Shown here: positions 58,079 through 64,000 of the stretch, in pieces | Numbering within the stretch: the stretch's first letter is position 1 | Layout of the letters: every line of letters begins with the position of its first letter | Source: Dehalococcoidia bacterium | Lineage (GTDB): Bacteria; Chloroflexota; Dehalococcoidia; Lucifugimonadales; Australimonadaceae | Length of the DNA: 64,000 nucleotides | Direction of reading: 5' to 3' | NCBI GenBank assembly: GCA_965243745.1 | Contig: CBDEVR010000002.1 | Location: 512,083 to 576,082 of the forward strand | Program-made: the position numbers and the translations under genes | Notes under the pieces: generated by a model | The model's input: the letters and a program-made list of their open reading frames with translations, nothing else | Databases searched by the model: none | What the model was told of the DNA's origin: nothing

Positions 58079-58855
58079 TCAGACGACCGCCGTGCCGGGG
58101 AGCGACCCCTCCAGCCAGGAGGGCAGCGCTCCGGCGCTCGTTCCGTTGACTATCCCCGCCTGCACCCCTGCCCGGGCGGCCAGGATGCACGCCTCCAGTT
58201 TCGGCAGCATACCGCCCTTCACGACGCCTGAGTGCAGCAACTCCTCTCCGGTCGCGAGCGGAACGCGCTTGATGAGGCGACCGTCCGCGTTCAGTATGCC
58301 GTCCACGTCCGTCAGGAAGACGAGGCGCTGCGCGCCCAGCGCGACGGCGAGCGCGCCCGCGGCCGAGTCCGCGTTCACGTTGAGCAGTTGCCCTGCGTCG
58401 TCAGCGCTCGATGCGATCGGCGACACGACAGGCACGAAACCCGCGTCTGCCAGCCGTTCGATGAGCGACACGTCCGCCTCCAGTTCGCCTGCCACGAACC
58501 CCAGTTCCGGGTCCGTGACGCGTCCGCTCAGGAGCCCGCCGTCCGCACCGGAGACGCCGACCGCGTTCACGCCCGCGCTCCGCAGTTCCGACACCAGTTG
58601 CTTGTTGATGAGGCCCGCGAGCACCGCCGTCGCTACTTCGAGGCTCGGCGCGTCGGTGACGCGCAGGCCGCGCACGAACTCCGCCCGGATGCCCATCTTC
58701 CCCATCCAGGAGGTGATGGCGGGGCCGCCGCCGTGAACGATCACCACGCGGGTGCCCTGGCGCTGCAGGGCCGCCACGTCGGCGAAGGACGTGTCCTCGG
58801 AGCCCAGGGTGCTGCCGCCGATCTTGATGAGGATGATGGGGCTGTCTGCTTCCAT
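58079..58855 (-). CDS. argB: Acetylglutamate kinase
   Basis: IKIGG, VHGGG, GLRVT, NVNAD, LTDVDG, GGMLPK. Confidence 0.95.
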   Translation of the reverse strand: MEADSPIILIKIGGSTLGSEDTSFADVAALQRQGTRVVIVHGGGPAITSWMGKMGIRAEFVRGLRVTDAPSLEVATAVLAGLINKQLVSELRSAGVNAVGVSGADGGLLSGRVTDPELGFVAGELEADVSLIERLADAGFVPVVSPIASSADDAGQLLNVNADSAAGALAVALGAQRLVFLTDVDGILNADGRLIKRVPLATGEELLHSGVVKGGMLPKLEACILAARAGVQAGIVNGTSAGALPSWLEGSLPGTAVV

Positions 58856-58884
58856 GAGAGCCCTCGGGCCGGACCCGGCGCCGC

Positions 58885-60108
58885 CTACGTGGTGTAGGCG
58901 CTGTTGAACACCACGTACTCTTCCGTGAGTTCGCAGCCCCACGCGGTTGCCTCGTGCTCGCCCAGTCCCAGCGTCACCGTGAGCGCGACCTCGTCCCTGC
59001 TCATGATGGCGATGACGCTCTCCCGGTGGAACGGGATGGGCGTCCCCGCCTCCATGATGGCGACGTCGTTGATGAAGAAGGAGACCTTGCTCACGTCCAG
59101 GTCGGCCCCGCTGTAGCCCGCCGCGCAGACGACGCGCCCCCAGTTCGGGTCGTTGCCGTGGATCGCGGACTTGACCAGGAGGGATGCCGCGATGGCGCGC
59201 GCCGCAAGGCGGGCGTCGTTCTTGCTCGCCGCGCCCGCAACCCGCACCGAGAAGATCTTCTCGGAGCCCTCGGCGTCCTTCACGAGTTCGCGGGAGAGGT
59301 GCGAGCAGAGCGCGTACAACGCGGCGATGAACGCTTCCGCATCCGGCGAACCCTCGCCTATCTCCGTGTTCCCGGCGGCGCCGTTGGCCAGCAGCAGCAC
59401 CATGTCGTTCGTGCTGGTGTCGCCGTCTATCGTCACCATGTTGAACGTGTCGTCGGAGCAGTTGCGGAGCGCCGCGTCCAGGAATGCGCTGTCCACGGCG
59501 GCGTCCGTCGTGAGGAACGCGAGCATCGTGGCCATGTTGGGGTGGATCATGCCGGAGCCCTTGACGCACCCGCCGATCGTCGCCGTTTCGCCTCCGGCGC
59601 ACGTGAACGTCACCGCTGCGGACTTGGGGACGCGATCGGTCGTCATGATGGAACGGGCGAACGCCTCCCCGCCGTCCTCGCTGAGGCTGATGGTGGACAT
59701 GCCGCTGCGGACGAGCGCCATCGGCAGCTCCACGCCGATGATGCCCGTCGTCCCCGCGCCCAGTTCTTCCGGCTGGACGCCCAGGTGCCCGGCGGCGAGT
59801 TGCAGGCACTCCTCTATGTCCTTCATACCCTGCTCGCCGACCCCGGCATTGGCGATGCCGCTGGTCACGAACACGCCGCGCACCTTCCCGGCAGCGACGT
59901 TCTCCCGGGTGATCGTGACCGTCGGGGAGACGAACCTGTTCGTGGTGTAGACGCCCGCCGCTCGGCATGGCAGCTCGGACAGGAGCAGTCCCACGTCCTT
60001 CTTGTCGGGAGCGTAGGTCTTGAGGCCGACGTAGGAGCCGCCCGCGATGAACCGCTGGGGACTCGTCACAAGGCCGTCCGGGAGGAACTGGTGAGCGTCG
60101 CCGGTCAT
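58885..60108 (-). CDS. argJ: Ornithine acetyltransferase / N-acetylglutamate synthase
   Basis: IMTTD, KGSGMIHPNMATML, DGDTSTND, DPNWGR, C-terminal YTT. Confidence 0.96.
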   Translation of the reverse strand: MTGDAHQFLPDGLVTSPQRFIAGGSYVGLKTYAPDKKDVGLLLSELPCRAAGVYTTNRFVSPTVTITRENVAAGKVRGVFVTSGIANAGVGEQGMKDIEECLQLAAGHLGVQPEELGAGTTGIIGVELPMALVRSGMSTISLSEDGGEAFARSIMTTDRVPKSAAVTFTCAGGETATIGGCVKGSGMIHPNMATMLAFLTTDAAVDSAFLDAALRNCSDDTFNMVTIDGDTSTNDMVLLLANGAAGNTEIGEGSPDAEAFIAALYALCSHLSRELVKDAEGSEKIFSVRVAGAASKNDARLAARAIAASLLVKSAIHGNDPNWGRVVCAAGYSGADLDVSKVSFFINDVAIMEAGTPIPFHRESVIAIMSRDEVALTVTLGLGEHEATAWGCELTEEYVVFNSAYTT

Positions 60109-60194
60109 CTCTACCTCTGGCGGAGTTATGGGGGCGCAGCCGCGCCATCAGGAGTGAGTCTAGCAGATTCACCCTCGTCGTTCCTGCGCAGGCC

Positions 60195-60306
60195 TGTCAT
60201 TTCGAGCGGAGTGCAGCGAAGCCGAGAAATCTCTCGGGCGTTCTCCCTCGCAGCCCCGCCTCTCCCCTTGGGAGAGGCCGACGCGCGCTAGCGCGGCGGG
60301 TGAGGG
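60195..60306. repeat. REP-like repeats (two families)
   Basis: TGTCATTTCGAGCG..GAAGCCGAGAAATCTCTC and CCTCTCCC-CTT-GGGAGAGG..GGGTGAGGG. Confidence 0.68.
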
Positions 60307-60337
60307 TGGAGCCCCCAGCGGATAGAATGCGACCGCC

Positions 60338-60622
60338 ATGGCAGGGACCGGCAAGATCGTCGTAGCCACCACTCTGACGAAGGAGTACCGGGGCGACGTC
60401 TGCGTCGCGCACATCCCGGAGTTGGGGCTCACGGGCTACGGGGAGACCATGGATGAGGCGGAGCGCGACGTGAAGGAGTTGTTCAACAGCCTCATCAGCG
60501 AGTACCGGCGTCAGGGCGTACTCGAAGATCGACTGACCAACCACTTCAAGGTGGCCTGGTGGCCGGCGGACCAGTACGACGGCGACCTCGAGGTGGAGGA
60601 GACCGCCCCCGGGGAGTGCTGA
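60338..60622 (+). CDS. HicB-like antitoxin domain protein (orphan)
   Basis: VAHIPELGLTGYGETMDEAERDVKE pattern typical of the HicB N-terminal domain. Confidence 0.7.
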   Translation: MAGTGKIVVATTLTKEYRGDVCVAHIPELGLTGYGETMDEAERDVKELFNSLISEYRRQGVLEDRLTNHFKVAWWPADQYDGDLEVEETAPGEC

Positions 60623-60633
60623 GCCCCCGCTTC

Positions 60634-61887
60634 CTACTCCCGTTGCCGCCCTGCGCTGCGCATCTCCTGCGGAGCCTTCACGTTCCTGAACATGAAGTAG
60701 AGCGACAGTGTGTACGTCACCTTCACGAGCGCGGAGCCGACGAGCGGCGCACTGAGCGCGATCGCCTGCAGCACTCCCGTCGAGATCGTCGGTCCGATCG
60801 TGCCGGAGAAGGAGCGCCCCACGATGTGGATGCTCCCCATCGCCACTCGTTCGTGCGGCTGCACCACGGACATGATGTACGAGTCCCGCGCGGGCACGTC
60901 GATCTGGTCGAAGAGGGCCCTGACCAGCAGGAACGTCACTGCCAACCACGCCCACGGCGAGAACGCCACTGCCAGCAGCAACAGTCCCGACGGCAGGTGG
61001 GCGAGCGACATGGTGTTGATGAGGCCGATGCGGTTCGCGACCCTTCCCGCCACCCAGAGCGATGCCACGCCGATGACCTGCGAGATGAAGAAGAGGATTC
61101 CGAGCGACGCAAGGTCCAGCCCGAACCGCTCATTGAGCCAGAGCGCCAGCAGGCCCCGCACTATGATGGCGCCCGCCAGTTGGTCCAGGCTGAACAGCCC
61201 CGTCAGGGTGAATATCCTGCCGCTGGACGGCAGCCGCACCGGGTTGATCCACTCGCGCCGCTCGCGCTCAGCCTCCACCTGTTCGGAGAGCAGCGTGAAG
61301 AGCAGTGCTATCACCAGGCGCAGCCCTACCAGCCCCCACAGCACGATGCGGAACGACGCCGGCTCGCTCACCCCCCCGAACGATTCCAACGCCACGGGCA
61401 GACCCGCGGCCAGCGCCCCCAGCGCCCCGGCCGTCGACGCCGCCACGCGGTAGAGGGCGAAGAGCTCCGTCCGGCGCGCCGGCGCGACCACCCCGGCGAT
61501 AGACGCCTGTTCGAGCGACTGCGTCGGCCCGACGTTGCCCGCCGCCCCGTTGAACGAGCCGATGAAGGCGAACACTACCAGCGCCGCCGGGTTCGAGGTA
61601 ACGGCGAGTCCGATGCTCCCGGCCAGCGTTATCAGCGAGTAGGAGACCATAAGCGTGCGCCGCCCGACGCGCTCGCTGACGAACGTGGAGAGGAACGAGA
61701 AGGCCGCGGTGCTCGCGAACCCCAGGCTGAAGAACAGCCCCACGAGGAACACGGCCAGTCCGATCTGCTCTCTCAGGTAGACAGCCAGCATGACGGCCAG
61801 AAGGCCCTGAGAGAACGTGTGCAGCGCCCGCGCCGCGATGATGATTGCAGCATCCCGCGTGATCCAGGCAGGGAAGAGCGCCGCCAT
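60634..61887 (-). CDS. MFS transporter
   Basis: SERVGRR, ANRIGLINTM, DVPARDSY; about 12 TM segments. Confidence 0.9.
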   Translation of the reverse strand: MAALFPAWITRDAAIIIAARALHTFSQGLLAVMLAVYLREQIGLAVFLVGLFFSLGFASTAAFSFLSTFVSERVGRRTLMVSYSLITLAGSIGLAVTSNPAALVVFAFIGSFNGAAGNVGPTQSLEQASIAGVVAPARRTELFALYRVAASTAGALGALAAGLPVALESFGGVSEPASFRIVLWGLVGLRLVIALLFTLLSEQVEAERERREWINPVRLPSSGRIFTLTGLFSLDQLAGAIIVRGLLALWLNERFGLDLASLGILFFISQVIGVASLWVAGRVANRIGLINTMSLAHLPSGLLLLAVAFSPWAWLAVTFLLVRALFDQIDVPARDSYIMSVVQPHERVAMGSIHIVGRSFSGTIGPTISTGVLQAIALSAPLVGSALVKVTYTLSLYFMFRNVKAPQEMRSAGRQRE

Positions 61888-61908
61888 GCTGTCCTCCTGC
61901 CGCCTGCC

Positions 61909-63033
61909 CTAGTCGAGCGCGTAGAGCCGCGCGCAGTTGTCCCAGAGGATGTTCCGCTTCACTTCGTCCGCCAGGTCCTCGTGCCCGAGGAACTCGTTGA
62001 CGGACTCCGGGAACTCGGAGTCGTGGTGCGGGTAGTCGGACGAGAAGACGATGTTGGTCCCGCCCACGGCGTCCACCGTGTAGCGCAATTCGGCCTCGTC
62101 AGCCTCGGTGCCGACGTAGCAGTTGGTCGCGAAGTACTCGCTGGGCAGGCGGGTCAGGAACGGGGCGTCCCAGTCGCGGTAGAGCGAGTAGTCGCGGTCC
62201 ATGCGCCCCAGCCAGAACGGCACCCAGCCAGCGTTCGCCTCCAGGTACGCCGCGCGCAGGCCGGGGAAGCTCTCGAACACGCCGCCGCAGACCATGCTGA
62301 TCATCGCCTTCATCATGCCGATGGGGTGTGAGCAGGCGTGCAGCATGAGCCGGTTATCGGCGAACTCGGAGCCGTCCTGGTGGTAGACGGAGCCGGTGCC
62401 CTCGTGGAAGCCCACCGGAACGTTCAGCTCCTCCAGCGTCGCCCAGAGCTCAGCGTAGTCGGCACTGTGGAATGTCACGCCGTTCACGAAGTTCGGCCGC
62501 ATGTAGATGCCGACGGCGCCCAACTCGTTCACGGCGCGGCGCGCCTCCAGCACTGCCTCTTTCGGGTCGTGCTGCGGCACCATCGCCGCGACCTTCATCC
62601 GCGCCGGGTCCGTCTGGCAGAAGTCGTACAACCAGTTGTTGTAGGCGCGGCAGACCGCCGCCGAGAGCGGGCCGTCCACGTCGTCCAGCCCGTTCGGCAC
62701 GTAGAGGCAGACCGTGGGGTACATCACCGCCACGTCGATGCCTTCCATGTCCATCGCCTCCAACTGCGACGGCCCATCGTAGCCGCGTTCGCGCATCGGG
62801 CGGGTGGCGGCGTCCGTGCGGCTGGTCATTCCCTGCATGCGATGGGGGTTGTCCACGTCGCACGTCGGCAGCCGCTCGCCGTCGAACAGGAACACTCCCA
62901 CCCGTTTGCCGGGCGCGCGGGAGATGCGCGGCGCCTGATCGGCGAACCGCGCGTCGAGGTACTTGTCGAACAGGTCCGACGGTTCGACGATGTGCATGTC
63001 CGAATCCATCACCTTGTAGCCGTTCCGCGCCAT
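61909..63033 (-). CDS. Amidohydrolase_2 family protein
   Basis: DSDMH, RAYNNWL, GFHE, LEANAGW, FSSDYPH. Confidence 0.9.
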   Translation of the reverse strand: MARNGYKVMDSDMHIVEPSDLFDKYLDARFADQAPRISRAPGKRVGVFLFDGERLPTCDVDNPHRMQGMTSRTDAATRPMRERGYDGPSQLEAMDMEGIDVAVMYPTVCLYVPNGLDDVDGPLSAAVCRAYNNWLYDFCQTDPARMKVAAMVPQHDPKEAVLEARRAVNELGAVGIYMRPNFVNGVTFHSADYAELWATLEELNVPVGFHEGTGSVYHQDGSEFADNRLMLHACSHPIGMMKAMISMVCGGVFESFPGLRAAYLEANAGWVPFWLGRMDRDYSLYRDWDAPFLTRLPSEYFATNCYVGTEADEAELRYTVDAVGGTNIVFSSDYPHHDSEFPESVNEFLGHEDLADEVKRNILWDNCARLYALD

Positions 63034-63076
63034 CTGCGCTCCTCCCTGTCTCGAATGTTCTGCACTGCGGCGAGGT

Positions 63077-64000
63077 TCACACGAACCGCGTCCGCTTGCT
63101 GCGGGCCTTCTGCGACGTCGGCGCGGGCAGCCGCTCCGACGACACCGTCTCGTACAGCAGTTGCGCGAAGTCCTGGCGGTCGGGCCCGCTGATCACCGCC
63201 TGCTCGTGCGCCTCCTGCAGCGCGAGCGGGTAGCCGTGCCCCTTCTCCGTCTGCACGAGCAGTGCGGCGTGCGCCAGCCCGATACCGTCAGGGCTCGTCC
63301 AGGACGGCATCTCCATCCGCGCTATCTCCTCGCCCACGTGCACGTAGAAGAAGCACACCTGGTGCTCGCCGTAGTGCTCGGTCACGATGCTCGACGCGCT
63401 GTGGAAGAGCGCGGAGCGCTCACCCGGCTCAAGTTCGCGCGCGAAGAGCGCCGCGTCCGTCACGCCGCCGACCGCGTCGCAGTTGCGGTCGCCACGGCGC
63501 AGCTGCCCGCAGTTGGCGTCGCAGTTCACCGTCTCGTGGCCGCACACCTCGCGCGAGATGCGTATCGCGTTCACCACTTCCGCGCTGCGCGGGCGGCTGA
63601 TGTGACTCGCAACGGCGAGCGTGCGCCGCTCCGACTCCGCGCGCAGCCGGTCCATCGCGTCAGCGAGGCGGCGGTCCACCAGTTCCTCGCGCACGAAGTC
63701 CAGGCCGCCGGTCAGCCCCCACAGCACGAGGGTGCCGTCCAGCAGGGCCAGCACCGGCAACCCCTCCGGAGCACGTTCTACCGCGTCGGCCAGCGCCTCG
63801 ATCTCCATGACCGCGCGGTGCATCCCGAGCAGTGCGCCCTCGATGTTCGCCTCACGCACGCCGCGCCGGTCGCGCAGCGCGAGCGACCCCTCGTCCGCGG
63901 ACAGGTGCGGCTCGCTGCGGAGTTCGGCGTGCGGTATCTCACCGTAGCGCAGCGACACGTAGCCGATGTTGATGAGGAAGCAGCGCGCCGCCGCATGGCG
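63077..64000 (-). CDS. nurA: DNA double-strand break repair nuclease NurA (5' end outside window)
   Basis: LALLDGTL and GYPLALQEAHEQAVI NurA motifs. Confidence 0.8.
   Translation of the reverse strand, partial: RHAAARCFLINIGYVSLRYGEIPHAELRSEPHLSADEGSLALRDRRGVREANIEGALLGMHRAVMEIEALADAVERAPEGLPVLALLDGTLVLWGLTGGLDFVREELVDRRLADAMDRLRAESERRTLAVASHISRPRSAEVVNAIRISREVCGHETVNCDANCGQLRRGDRNCDAVGGVTDAALFARELEPGERSALFHSASSIVTEHYGEHQVCFFYVHVGEEIARMEMPSWTSPDGIGLAHAALLVQTEKGHGYPLALQEAHEQAVISGPDRQDFAQLLYETVSSERLPAPTSQKARSKRTRFV

Noticed and set aside
60109-60194. ArgR operator or arginine leader upstream of argJ
   Set aside because: No TGAAT-N4-ATTCA-like ARG box or T-box seen; only an extended -10 (TGCTAGACT).

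Overview
GC-rich bacterial chromosome segment. Gene content (PT-rich lipoproteins, UPF0182, NurA, paralogous alpha-only Rieske oxygenases, many MFS and amidohydrolase genes) suggests Chloroflexota, Dehalococcoidia/SAR202-like; this is inference, not a database result. Housekeeping blocks: secA 3' end, valS, coaX-coaBC, acpS-nnr, folD, argS, amt, argJ-argB-UPF0182-argD-argG..argH-rpe, four tRNAs, nurA 3' part. These are interleaved with dispersed aromatic-catabolism genes: three Rieske oxygenases, two DesZ/LigB-type extradiol dioxygenases (one frameshifted), LigJ-like, a bicupin and a non-canonical PanB paralog. The clearest accessory structure is a 3641-bp IS1595-family element (29210-32850; 24-bp TIRs, 8-bp TSD GATTATTC) that splits a 7-repeat RCC1 lipoprotein gene. 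It carries uncharacterised cargo on both sides of the transposase, including a Zn-ribbon/HExxH/2TM protein, small membrane proteins and a promoter-structured RNA-terminator unit. Also notable: a densely structured ~260-nt intergenic element (35579-35838), tRNA-Arg with a GCG anticodon, several leaderless genes and several families of short palindromic repeats. No CRISPR array or rRNA was seen.
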